From contig JAFYWN010000018.1 of NCBI GenBank assembly GCA_017558005.1, forward strand, positions 3,696 to 67,695: DNA of 64,000 nucleotides, in the 5' to 3' direction. Source of the stretch: Kiritimatiellia bacterium (GTDB lineage: Bacteria; Verrucomicrobiota; Kiritimatiellia; RFP12; DVOR01). This document shows positions 1 to 9,781 of the stretch, in pieces. The notes under the pieces are model-generated. The model saw nothing but the letters and a program-made list of their open reading frames with translations. It ran no database searches and was not told the origin of the DNA. Both the position numbers and the translations under genes were made by a program. The number at the start of each line of letters is the position of its first letter. Positions within the stretch are counted from its first letter, which is position 1.

Positions 1-1
1 A

Positions 2-895
2 TGCGCCTGTAAGGCCTTTGTGGATAAGATGGGGATTCCCTGTCTTACACCCAAAAAGGTGAACGCAGAAGACAGTTTGGCCCAGATTGCCGCTTGGTTG
101 CCAGATGTCATTGTGGTCGTGGCGTATGGACAGATTTTGAGCCGAAAGCTCTTGGATATCCCCACGTTAGGGTGCATCAATATCCACTTATCGTTGTTGC
201 CACGTTATCGTGGTGCTTCTCCTATCCATGCTGCATTATTGGCAGGAGACAAAGTGACAGGTGTTTCGGCAATGTTGATGGACGAGGGAATGGATACGGG
301 GCCCGTGCTCAAGTCGCTTGAGACGCCTATTCAGGACGAGGATACACTCGAAACGCTCCATGACCGTTTGGCTGATTTGGGCGCGCAACTCTTAGTGGAC
401 GTTTTGCCTGAGTGGGCCTATTTCCGCGTGCGACCTACGCCACAGAATCCTGACCAAGTGGTAACGGCTTACAAGATTAAGAAAACGGATGGGCTCTTGC
501 ATTGGTCTGAGCCAACGGAAACAACGCTCCGAAAGATTCGTGCGTACACACCCTGGCCCTCATGCTTTACCTACTTCCCGCCAGATGAGAAGGAAAAACA
601 ACAAAATCCCGAGGCGACCACTGGAAAGATGTTGAAGGTGCTTTCGGCGAAGGCAGAGGCGGTGCCTGTAGATGCAGAAGCGGCTATCCCTGGTACCGTG
701 CTTGAATCTGGCAAAAATGGTTTGTTAGTGCGTACGAGCGATGGCGCATTACGCATTTCACGAATCCAACCCGAAGGTGGCAAGGCCATGGAGGTTCAGG
801 CGTGGTTGTGCGGACATGCAATCCCGCCAGGCATGGTCTTCATTACGCCGCCGCCTCCTGCGGCGCAACCCATCGCCGCCTATCGTCGCACCTAA
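2..895 (+). CDS. fmt: Methionyl-tRNA formyltransferase, 5'-truncated by the window edge
   Basis: Frame of ORF 20..895 stays open back to base 2. Motifs VVVAYGQIL, INIHLSLLPRYRGASPI, MDEGMDTG, IQPEGGKAM. Confidence 0.93.
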   Translation, partial: CACKAFVDKMGIPCLTPKKVNAEDSLAQIAAWLPDVIVVVAYGQILSRKLLDIPTLGCINIHLSLLPRYRGASPIHAALLAGDKVTGVSAMLMDEGMDTGPVLKSLETPIQDEDTLETLHDRLADLGAQLLVDVLPEWAYFRVRPTPQNPDQVVTAYKIKKTDGLLHWSEPTETTLRKIRAYTPWPSCFTYFPPDEKEKQQNPEATTGKMLKVLSAKAEAVPVDAEAAIPGTVLESGKNGLLVRTSDGALRISRIQPEGGKAMEVQAWLCGHAIPPGMVFITPPPPAAQPIAAYRRT

Positions 896-945
896 TTGAT
901 GGTGGCGTGCCTTGAATAATCAATTTTAACTGAAGGTTTCATACT

Positions 946-2628
946 ATGGAAACAGCACAACGTAAGACAATTGTTATTGGCCATCGTAATCCGGATACAG
1001 ACTCAATCGTTTCTGCTATCGCTTATGCAGAGTTAAAGCGTCAGCAAGGATTGACCAACTGTATGCCTGCACGTGGTGGTAAGTTGACGCCGCAGACGGA
1101 ATACGTTTTGACACGCTTTGAAACACCTGCGCCGACCTTTATTCCCGATATGTTGCCGAAGGTGGAATACTTTTTGCCTGAAGGCACTCCCACCACAGTG
1201 CAGGCGAATACCTCCTTGTGGGATGCATTGGAACTGATGGATAAGAATCGCCTTTCGGCTATCCCTGTGGTGGATTCAGAGGGGTATTACCAGGCTTTTC
1301 TCACGCACAACACTTTTACGGAAAATATCATTCACAAGGCAGACCCGCATCGTAAGGCGATTATTCCAACCAGCATTAATTTGTTGGCGCATACCTTGCG
1401 CGCGCAACCGCTCCTGGTCTTTGATGGGAATGCGGTGGTGAAGAGCCGTGTCTTGGTCGCAGGTTCTACGAAAGAGGCCTTTGAGCAGATTTTAAAGACT
1501 GAAATCTCGAAGAATACGATTGCGATCATTGAGAATCGTTCTACGATTTTGGACCTTTGTGTGAACTACAAAGTGCGTGCAATCGTGCTTACGGGTGGTC
1601 AACCCCTGTCAAAGGAACTTCATGCCCGAGCAAAAGAAGCGGGCATTTCGGTGCTCATTTCGCCGTACGATATCGCAAGTACTGTCTATTTGACGTTGTA
1701 TTCAATGCCGGTGAGTACGATGGCAACGACCGCCATCAAGGCGGTGCATCACACGGCTTTGGTGCGAGATGTGCAGCAGGCGGTTAAATCTTCGCCGTCG
1801 CGTTCGGTGCCGGTCATTGATGATAATGGCAAGGTCGTGGGAATCTTGAGTGAGCGAGACCTCTATAAGCAACCGAATGTGGACGTCATTTTGGTGGACC
1901 ACAATGAGCTTTCGCTTGGCGTTGAGGGCTTGGAGCAATTCCGCATTGTGGAAATCTTGGACCACCACAAGTTAGGTAATTTCCCGACGCATGAGCCGAT
2001 TGAATTCATCAATCGCGTGGTGGGCTCCACGTCTACAATTGTTGCTTGCCTTTATCAAGAACGTAAGGCCGTGCTGTCGCCCAACATTGCAGGGTTGCTC
2101 CTCTCGGCAATTATTACCGATACGTTGGGGCTAAAATCCCCCACGACGACAGACACAGATCGCAATATGGCCGAGTATCTTTCGGGGCTCTTGAATCTTG
2201 ATGTGGAAGAATTGGCGCATGACATCTTCTCGCATGCCGCACGTATTGTGGATCTTTCCACCGAAAAATTGCTCACGTTGGACGCGAAGCACTACGAAGA
2301 AGGAAATATCGCCTTTGACGTGGCGCAGATTGAAATTAGCTCCTCTGACGAATTGCGTGGTCGTTTGCCCGACTTGTTGGCCGGCTTGAAGGATCATTGC
2401 CGTCACGAGAAGCTCTATTTTGCCGCCTTGATGGTGACCGATATCGCCGCATTGAACTCGGTGCTCTTGGTCGCAGGCGATTCACAATTTGTCTCAAAAA
2501 TTCCCTTCCCGCATTACGAAAATCAGGAAAATGCCTTCCTCTGCCGTGGCATCATGTCTCGTAAGAAGCAGCTCTTGCCGCTCTTACTCGAACAGATCTC
2601 AGTGCTTCAGACGTCTTCGTTGAGGTAA
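946..2628 (+). CDS. ppaC: Family II (DHH) Mn-dependent inorganic pyrophosphatase with CBS-DRTGG-CBS insert
   Basis: GHRNPDTDSIVSA, VDHNE, DHHKLG, IITDTL, GIMSRKKQL; central CBS-like segments and a DRTGG-like IVLTGG. Confidence 0.88.
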   Translation: METAQRKTIVIGHRNPDTDSIVSAIAYAELKRQQGLTNCMPARGGKLTPQTEYVLTRFETPAPTFIPDMLPKVEYFLPEGTPTTVQANTSLWDALELMDKNRLSAIPVVDSEGYYQAFLTHNTFTENIIHKADPHRKAIIPTSINLLAHTLRAQPLLVFDGNAVVKSRVLVAGSTKEAFEQILKTEISKNTIAIIENRSTILDLCVNYKVRAIVLTGGQPLSKELHARAKEAGISVLISPYDIASTVYLTLYSMPVSTMATTAIKAVHHTALVRDVQQAVKSSPSRSVPVIDDNGKVVGILSERDLYKQPNVDVILVDHNELSLGVEGLEQFRIVEILDHHKLGNFPTHEPIEFINRVVGSTSTIVACLYQERKAVLSPNIAGLLLSAIITDTLGLKSPTTTDTDRNMAEYLSGLLNLDVEELAHDIFSHAARIVDLSTEKLLTLDAKHYEEGNIAFDVAQIEISSSDELRGRLPDLLAGLKDHCRHEKLYFAALMVTDIAALNSVLLVAGDSQFVSKIPFPHYENQENAFLCRGIMSRKKQLLPLLLEQISVLQTSSLR

Positions 2629-2632
2629 ACGT

Positions 2633-3490
2633 ATGCAGTTATCGGTTGCCGAACCGCATGGGATGTGCTCGGGTGTCGCTCGCGCTTTAGAAATCGCACA
2701 TCGCACATTAGATGCGTATCCTGCGGACACCTTATGGTGTTTTCACGAATTAGTGCATAACGAACACGTTGTTGCGGAATTACAACGCCGTGGCGCGATT
2801 TTCGTAGACGATATTGAGGTCATCCCACAAGGTGCGCGCGTCCTTTTTTCTGCGCATGGCGTGAGCCCTGCCGTGCGCAAAGCAGCAGAAGCACGGCAAC
2901 TTGAAATTGTAGATGCCACGTGTCCCTTTGTGGCAAAGGTCCACGCAGAAGCGCGTCGATTTGCGACCGAGTCCGCTCCGATAGCCTTAATTGGACATAA
3001 GGGGCACGATGAAGTGGTGGGCATCCTTGGCGAGGCGCCAGAGCGTATTCATGTGATTGAAACGTTGGAAGATGTGGTGACATTGCGACAAACCCTAAGC
3101 GAAAAGACATTGATGGTCTTAAGTCAAACCACGGTAAGTGAGGCGATGTATGAAGCGCGTGTGGCGGAGTTGAAGCAGGCGGGATTTGACGTTTGCTTCC
3201 CCAATGCCTTGGATATCTGCTATGCCACGCGCGAACGCCAACAGGCCGTTCGTGAACTTGCGGCGCGTGTGGAGTGCGTCTTAGTGCTTGGGTCACGGAA
3301 TTCCTCGAACTCAAAGCGCCTCGTTGAGGTGGCTGAAAGTGTGGGGTGCCGTGCACATTTGATTACTGCGCCCGATGACCTTGAGCAAATAGATTTGACT
3401 GGCGTGCAACAACTGGGCTTAACTTCTGGTGCGTCTACCCCTGAAGCACTCTTAAATGAATTACGTCAACGTCTGGAAGTCGCTCATTAA
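2633..3490 (+). CDS. ispH: 4-hydroxy-3-methylbut-2-enyl diphosphate reductase
   Basis: PHGMCSGV, ELVHN, SAHGV, DATCPFV, GHDEV, ICYAT, SSNS, TSGASTPE. Confidence 0.96.
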   Translation: MQLSVAEPHGMCSGVARALEIAHRTLDAYPADTLWCFHELVHNEHVVAELQRRGAIFVDDIEVIPQGARVLFSAHGVSPAVRKAAEARQLEIVDATCPFVAKVHAEARRFATESAPIALIGHKGHDEVVGILGEAPERIHVIETLEDVVTLRQTLSEKTLMVLSQTTVSEAMYEARVAELKQAGFDVCFPNALDICYATRERQQAVRELAARVECVLVLGSRNSSNSKRLVEVAESVGCRAHLITAPDDLEQIDLTGVQQLGLTSGASTPEALLNELRQRLEVAH

Positions 3491-3508
3491 TTTCTCTCCT
3501 CGCCGACG

Positions 3509-5740
3509 ATGTTTGCCCAAATTGCCATTGAACAAGTGCCGAATATGCTCTTTACGTACAAAATCCCTGAGGGGATGGAGGTGCGTGTGGGGCAACGTGT
3601 CTCTGTGCCATGGCAGCGCATTTATCGCTTGGGCTATGTCATTGCTTTGACCACAGAGTCGCCGTATCGGCCAAAGCCATCTCAGCACCTTCTTCAAGAC
3701 GATTTATTCCAAGCCGAAGATTCAGCCAAAATAAAGGCTATTCATGCGATTGATGATGAATTGCCTTACTTTTCTGAACCCTTGATTAAGTTGTTGAGGT
3801 GGTTGGCAGACTACTATTCGGTTGGGTTTACCTTGGCATTAAGGAGTGCGCTCCCTGCGCCTGTGCGAGCGGGACGAGTAGGGGAGAAGGCTGTCTTTAT
3901 GGTTGCGCCGGTGGAGCCCTTGCCCACACAGTTGCCACCACTCTCAAAGCGTCAAGCCGAACTCTACAAAGAGATTGTGCGAATTGATGGCGGACGGATG
4001 GTACAAGTGTGCGAAGAATTGGGGACAACACCCGCCACGTTACGTAAATTGGCGCAACTCGGTTACATCACGTGCGAACAGGTGGTGGTCGCAAGAAGTC
4101 CACTGCAGGGGCGCCACGTGCTTCCTTCAAAGCCACTTCAGTTAACCGAGGGGCAGGCACAAGCATTAGCAACAATTCTTCAGGCCACCCGTCCCGTGCT
4201 CCTCTTCGGGGTGACGGGCTCTGGAAAGACAGAAGTCTATATGCAAGCAATCGCAAAGACGTTGGAGGAAGGACGTGATGCGATTATGTTGGTGCCAGAG
4301 ATTTCGCTCACGCCCCAAACGGTTAGCCGATTCGCGTCTCGCTTTGGGAAAACGGTTGCCGTCTTGCATAGTGCGTTAAGTGATGGCGAACGTCATGACG
4401 AGTGGCATCGTATTCGTCGTGGCGAGGCGCGCGTCGTGGTGGGACCGCGTTCGGCGGTCTTTGCGCCTGTGCGAAATTTGGGTCTCTTGATTGTGGATGA
4501 GGAACATGACAGCGGTTATAAACAGGATGAAAGTCCGCGTTATTCCGCACGTGATGTCGCCGTTGTGCGTGCCACCATGGAACATGCAAAGTGTATCCTT
4601 GGATCTGCTACGCCCTCACTTGAGAGTTGGCGAAATGCGACTGAGCTTGGAAAATACACCCTCGTACGAATGTCTGAACGTGCGGGCGGTGGGATGCTCC
4701 CTGTCGTAACGGTATTAAACATGCGCGATGCCGCACCTGCGGGCGGGCCAACGCCCATCTTTAGTCCGCCGCTCATTGATGCCATGCGGAGTCGCATCGA
4801 GCGTGGCGAACAGATTATCCTCTTCTTAAATCGTCGCGGGTATGCACCCACCTATCAGTGCGATGCTTGTAAGGAGTCGGTGATCTGTTCAAAGTGTAGC
4901 GCCAAGATGACGTATCATGTGAAGGATGACACGCTTCGCTGTCACCTCTGTGGCACTTGGCAACGTCCTCCAATGCGTTGCCCATCGTGTGGGATGCCGG
5001 TCTTTAATCGGTTGGGATTTGGCACGCAACGCGTTGAGACGGCCCTCCATGCGATTCTGCCACAGGCGCGAATCATTCGTATGGATGCAGATAGTACCTC
5101 ACGACGTCATAGCCATGATGAACTCCTCTCTGCCTTTCGTGCGAAAGAAGCCGACATTTTGCTCGGTACACAAATGATTGCGAAGGGGTTGGACTTCCCG
5201 AATGTGACCTTGGTCGGCATCTTGGCGGCAGATCGTTCTTTGGACATCACTTACGATTTTCGCGCAGCAGAACGTACCTTTCAGTTGATTGCCCAGGTTT
5301 CTGGACGTGCAGGACGAGGCTCTTTGCCAGGGGAAGTGGTGGTACAAACCTTCCAACCTGAACACCCTGCCATTCGCTTAGCGGCGTTATGTGACTATGA
5401 ACAGTTCGCGCAAGAAGAGCTTGAGTTGCGTCAAGATTCAGGCTTGCCTCCCTATAAAAAACTTGCCTGTGTGACATTTGCAGGAAAAGATTCAGATAAG
5501 GTTGCCGCTGCGGCAACTGCGGCAACGCGTCGATTTAATGCTTGTCGTGGATTAGAGGTCACCCCCGCAATGCCCGCCCCATTGGAAAAGAAAGAGGAGT
5601 GGTGGCGTTGGCAGATTCTCTTGCACGGGGAGAGCGCGAAGGGAATTGCGGCTGCGTGTGATCATGTCCTCCCTAAAGAGACGCGAATAACCGATGACCT
5701 GAGAATTTTGGTTGATATTGATGCCGTCTTCCTCGCATAG
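3509..5740 (+). CDS. priA: Primosomal protein N' (helicase)
   Basis: GVTGSGKTEVY, VDEEHD, LGSATPSLES, four CxxC motifs, GTQMIAKGLDFP, QVSGRAGR. Confidence 0.96.
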   Translation: MFAQIAIEQVPNMLFTYKIPEGMEVRVGQRVSVPWQRIYRLGYVIALTTESPYRPKPSQHLLQDDLFQAEDSAKIKAIHAIDDELPYFSEPLIKLLRWLADYYSVGFTLALRSALPAPVRAGRVGEKAVFMVAPVEPLPTQLPPLSKRQAELYKEIVRIDGGRMVQVCEELGTTPATLRKLAQLGYITCEQVVVARSPLQGRHVLPSKPLQLTEGQAQALATILQATRPVLLFGVTGSGKTEVYMQAIAKTLEEGRDAIMLVPEISLTPQTVSRFASRFGKTVAVLHSALSDGERHDEWHRIRRGEARVVVGPRSAVFAPVRNLGLLIVDEEHDSGYKQDESPRYSARDVAVVRATMEHAKCILGSATPSLESWRNATELGKYTLVRMSERAGGGMLPVVTVLNMRDAAPAGGPTPIFSPPLIDAMRSRIERGEQIILFLNRRGYAPTYQCDACKESVICSKCSAKMTYHVKDDTLRCHLCGTWQRPPMRCPSCGMPVFNRLGFGTQRVETALHAILPQARIIRMDADSTSRRHSHDELLSAFRAKEADILLGTQMIAKGLDFPNVTLVGILAADRSLDITYDFRAAERTFQLIAQVSGRAGRGSLPGEVVVQTFQPEHPAIRLAALCDYEQFAQEELELRQDSGLPPYKKLACVTFAGKDSDKVAAAATAATRRFNACRGLEVTPAMPAPLEKKEEWWRWQILLHGESAKGIAAACDHVLPKETRITDDLRILVDIDAVFLA

Positions 5741-5838
5741 CATCGAAATCTTCCCCTCACAACACCTCAACTTCATGCGCTTCAAACAAATCAAAGCGCA
5801 GTCCACTATAAGACGAAAGTGTCGTCTCAGTAAAGATA

Positions 5839-5930
5839 AACGCCGCTTCACGATAGAGAAGAATGTCTCTTCATGGCAGAGGTAAATGTCTCTTCACGGC
5901 AGAGGTAAGTGTCTCTTTATGGTAGAGATG
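5839..5930. repeat. Degenerate 23-bp tandem repeat, 4 copies
   Basis: aacgccgcttcacgatagagaag / aatgtctcttcatggcagaggta / aatgtctcttcacggcagaggta / agtgtctctttatggtagagatg, between convergent priA and mutL. Confidence 0.75.
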
Positions 5931-6103
5931 AGTGCGTAGTTGATTGCAAAGATAAATGCTTATCTGTCACAAAAACTAAACCTTCGTCTTCAAACAAACA
6001 AAAGTTTGGCCCAATGCTTTGATGGATTGAAATAAAGCAAAGAAGCGAGAATGTTTGGCCGAAGGTGAGTCCTTTCGGCTAACGTGGGTGGATTAAGGAT
6101 GGA

Positions 6104-7957
6104 TTAGTTGCGCTGGAAGCGACGTGCGAGTTCGCGGTAGGTCGTCAAAATCATGACGGGGCGACCGCGTGGGGTAGTGTAAGGCATCGCACATTGAGAG
6201 AGGTCACGAAGGAGAAGCTCGGCCGCTTCGCGTGTCTTTATAGGGAAGGTACGTGCAACTGCGGAGGCCGCGGCGCGAGCCGCAACTTCTTGTCGCCAGT
6301 GGTCAATCCCTTTACGAACGCCAGTCTTATCTAATTCTACGGCAATCTCGGGAATGAGTGTGCTGGGTGGAATCTCCGCCAAGGCTACAGGCAAGGCATC
6401 AACGAGGAAGGTGTTGGAAGAAAACGCACTAATGCCAAAGCCGCAAGCTTCTAATTCTGGTAGAAAACGTGAGACGCGATCGGCATCTGAAGGGCTCAGT
6501 TCAAGTGTTTCAGGGATGAGCAATGGCTGGGTGGCGGGTTGGTGGGCTTGCTTGATGAAGCGTTCATAGGCAATACGCTCTAATGCGGCACTTGCATCAA
6601 TGGTAACGTAACCCTGTTCGGTGATAACCAACCAATAGCCAGACTCAAGCACATCAGCAATGCGCAACCACGCGAAGTTGACCTTGCCCATGGGTTGCGC
6701 TTCAGGTGGCGTTGCAGGCGGAACAATCGGCGCAATGCGTTCGGGAGGAGCGCTGACGGGTGGGAAGGGGGCGGGTGGAGGCGTCGGGAAGTGGATGTGC
6801 TGTTGGGTCGCAGGCGGCACAACGGGGCGAGGTGCTTGCGGTGTGGGGAGCGGCGTCACTGGCGAAAGTGGCGCTGGTGCGACGGCACTGACACTCCTTG
6901 GCGGTTGACTCGGTTGGCTTGGTGTGGGGGGCTCAACCTGTGGTGTGGGCGCCTGAAAGAGATTCAGCGCTTGGGCAATCGCATTGGTGACGGCGTCAAT
7001 AACACGGTTGCCATGACGAAAACGCACTTCGCGCTTGGCAGGATGTACGTTGACATCCACCGCCTCAGGGGGTAAATCAATAAACAAGACGAGAGACGGA
7101 CGACGATCGCGCAGGGGCCACACTTCGCGAATGGCGTATTGAATCTGTGCAGCCGTCGCAGGACGATGGTTGACAAAAACGTACTGTTCAGGGGTGCCGA
7201 GGGCAGGGGCGTCCACGCGAGAGATGTACCCCGTAACGGAGACCTCGTTCTCGGTGTGTTGGATGGTCGTGAGGGTGCGTGCTAAGGGCGCACCAAGTAA
7301 GGTGCGGATGCGGTCATCCAAGGTGTCTCCTTCGGGCAGACGAAAGAGGTCTTTTCCGTCTGCTCGTAGGCGAAGGGCCACGTGGGGATGCGCTAAAGCA
7401 ATGGCCGTTAGGGCTTGTCGGATGCGCGAGAGTTCTGTTGCAGGGGCGCGGAGAAACTTTCGGCGCGCGGGGAGGTTGAAGAAGAGATCGCGAATCTGAA
7501 GGGTGGTGCCAATAGGATGGCCTGTTTCAGAAACGTCTTCAAGGGTGCCGCCGATAGCCGTTAATTGTGTGCCACTCTCTGCTTCGGCACAACGCGTCAT
7601 TAATGTAAAACGAGAGACGCTGGCAATTGAGGGAATCGCTTCACCACGGAAGCCAAAGGTGTTGATCTGAACGATATCTTCGGAGTCGGAGATTTTGCTT
7701 GTGGCTTGACGTTCTAAGGCTGCCAGGGCATCTTCGCGCGACATGCCATAGCCATTGTCTTCGACCTCAACGAGTTTGGTGCCGCCACTTTCAATTGAAA
7801 CCGTAATCCGTGTTGCGGCGGCATCGAGCGCATTTTCCACGAGTTCTTTCACGACAGAGGCGGGACGTTCAACCACTTCGCCTGCAGCGATTTGGTTGGC
7901 AACCGTTTCTGGTAATTTTTTTACGGCGCGCCGTTGTCCGAAAGATGGCAGACTCAT
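6104..7957 (-). CDS. mutL: DNA mismatch repair protein MutL, with Pro-rich linker and degenerate C-terminal endonuclease motifs
   Basis: IAAGEVVERPASVVKELVENALDA, DNGYGM, TFGFRGEAIPSI, VDVNVHPAKREVRF. Confidence 0.96.
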   Translation of the reverse strand: MSLPSFGQRRAVKKLPETVANQIAAGEVVERPASVVKELVENALDAAATRITVSIESGGTKLVEVEDNGYGMSREDALAALERQATSKISDSEDIVQINTFGFRGEAIPSIASVSRFTLMTRCAEAESGTQLTAIGGTLEDVSETGHPIGTTLQIRDLFFNLPARRKFLRAPATELSRIRQALTAIALAHPHVALRLRADGKDLFRLPEGDTLDDRIRTLLGAPLARTLTTIQHTENEVSVTGYISRVDAPALGTPEQYVFVNHRPATAAQIQYAIREVWPLRDRRPSLVLFIDLPPEAVDVNVHPAKREVRFRHGNRVIDAVTNAIAQALNLFQAPTPQVEPPTPSQPSQPPRSVSAVAPAPLSPVTPLPTPQAPRPVVPPATQQHIHFPTPPPAPFPPVSAPPERIAPIVPPATPPEAQPMGKVNFAWLRIADVLESGYWLVITEQGYVTIDASAALERIAYERFIKQAHQPATQPLLIPETLELSPSDADRVSRFLPELEACGFGISAFSSNTFLVDALPVALAEIPPSTLIPEIAVELDKTGVRKGIDHWRQEVAARAAASAVARTFPIKTREAAELLLRDLSQCAMPYTTPRGRPVMILTTYRELARRFQRN

Positions 7958-9771
7958 GCCCGTTGCTCCTGGATAAATTGGCGAATTTTCGTCAGGAGTG
8001 AGGCTTGATCAAGCGCTCCCCATGTGCGCAATTCTTGTTCGGAACCTTGTGGCACGAAGTGGTCATCCCACCCCAAAATCAACACCGGAGCATCATGCGT
8101 TTCGGCAACCGCCGAACCAAATCCCGCCTGAATCGCCGCATTTTCCAAGGTGATTAAGGGGCGACCTTTGAGGTTGTTCAAGCACTCTGGCAATGGTTTG
8201 ATTCGCTCAATGGCGATGTAGGGCAGACCCAATTCGGTGGCGATAGGTGCCGCCCAGGTTGCCGTATCACCCAATGCAAGGAGGCACGGGGTCTTTAGGG
8301 TCTCTGGAATCGGCAAGGATTCGGGCAACTGTTCACAAATGGGACCACGTGGATAACGGATGATAACAGCATCATTGCCCGTTAATGCTTCACGCATTGC
8401 CTGCTTTAAGCCCGCACGGGTGGCTGGCGCATAGAAGGTTAGATTCGGAAGCGCACGGAACATCGCAATGTCATAAAGACCATGATGGGTCGGACCATCT
8501 GCCCCAACGACGCCCGCACGGTCCAAGCAGAGCGTGACGGGTAAGTGAGGCAAACAAATGTCGTGCATCATGCAGTCAACGGCACGCTGGGCAAAGGTTG
8601 AGTAAATCGCCACGAAGGGGCGAAGCCCTTCTGCGGCAAGTCCTGCCGCAAAGGCAAGCGCATGGGCTTCACAAATGCCCACGTCATAGGCACGTTTGGG
8701 GAATTTACGGAAGAAGTCGCCAAGGCCTGTCCCGTCGCGCATTGCAGCGGTGACTGCAACAATCCGTGGGTCTTCTGCCGCTAATTCACACAAGATGGCC
8801 CCAACTGCATCCGACCAACTTTCTGGTGCTTGCGCTTTCCCTTGCGCTGAAGTGTGTTTTGACCAAGGTGCCACGCCATGCCATTTCGAGGGATCGCGCT
8901 CTGCAGGGGCGTAACCCTTCCCTTTGACCGTCGCAATATGAAGCGCGACAGGGACGTGACCCTCCGCCGCAGCGCGCAATGCTCCGCAAAGTGCGGGGAT
9001 GTCATGACCATCAATGGGGCCGATGTAACGCAACCCAAGGTCTTCGAAGATAGCCGAACGGTGACGCAATAAAAGGGGTTTTACTGCACGCTTGAAGGCT
9101 CGATAGAGGGATTTGAGCCCCGTAAGGCGGAGCTTATGACCCGCAAGTTCCGCTGCGGCACGAATACGGTTGTAACGAATCCCTGCAATACGACGAGCAA
9201 ACATGCGTGCAAAAGCGCCGACATTCTGCGAAATGCTCATCCCATTGTCATTGATAACCAAGATCATGCGTTCGGTGGTGTGGCGAATCGCATTGAGCGC
9301 TTCAAGGGAGATGCCATTGGTTAATGAGGCATCACCTACAACCGCTAAGATGGCTTCGGTCCCATTTCGGGCGTCACGTGCTGCCGCCATGCCTAATGCC
9401 GTGGAGAGGGCCACACCTGCATGACCGCCAACGGTAGCGTCAAAGCTTGACTCGGCAGGGAAAGGAAAGCCGCGCACTCCGCCGAATTGGCGTAAGGTGT
9501 CCATCTCTTGATTGCGCCCCGTGAGCATTTTCCACGCATAACTCTGATGGCCCACATCCCAAATTACCTTGTCGGTCGGGAAATTAAAGACGCGACAAAG
9601 TGCGATTGTGAGTTCAACAGTACCTAAGCTTGGGGCGAGATGGCCTCCTGTTCGGGAGACCACATCAATCATCCGCTCACGGATTTCGGTTGCCAAACGA
9701 GGAAGCGCGTCCTCTGGCAGAAGACGAACATCCTCGGGGGTGTGGATTTGTTCTAAAAGTGTTTCGGCCAT
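7954..9771 (-). CDS. dxs: 1-deoxy-D-xylulose-5-phosphate synthase
   Basis: GGHLAPSLG, WDVGHQSY, GDASLTNG, GPIDGHD, DRAGVVGADGPTHHG. Confidence 0.96.
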   Translation of the reverse strand: MAETLLEQIHTPEDVRLLPEDALPRLATEIRERMIDVVSRTGGHLAPSLGTVELTIALCRVFNFPTDKVIWDVGHQSYAWKMLTGRNQEMDTLRQFGGVRGFPFPAESSFDATVGGHAGVALSTALGMAAARDARNGTEAILAVVGDASLTNGISLEALNAIRHTTERMILVINDNGMSISQNVGAFARMFARRIAGIRYNRIRAAAELAGHKLRLTGLKSLYRAFKRAVKPLLLRHRSAIFEDLGLRYIGPIDGHDIPALCGALRAAAEGHVPVALHIATVKGKGYAPAERDPSKWHGVAPWSKHTSAQGKAQAPESWSDAVGAILCELAAEDPRIVAVTAAMRDGTGLGDFFRKFPKRAYDVGICEAHALAFAAGLAAEGLRPFVAIYSTFAQRAVDCMMHDICLPHLPVTLCLDRAGVVGADGPTHHGLYDIAMFRALPNLTFYAPATRAGLKQAMREALTGNDAVIIRYPRGPICEQLPESLPIPETLKTPCLLALGDTATWAAPIATELGLPYIAIERIKPLPECLNNLKGRPLITLENAAIQAGFGSAVAETHDAPVLILGWDDHFVPQGSEQELRTWGALDQASLLTKIRQFIQEQRA

Positions 9772-9781
9772 AGTCCGAAAA

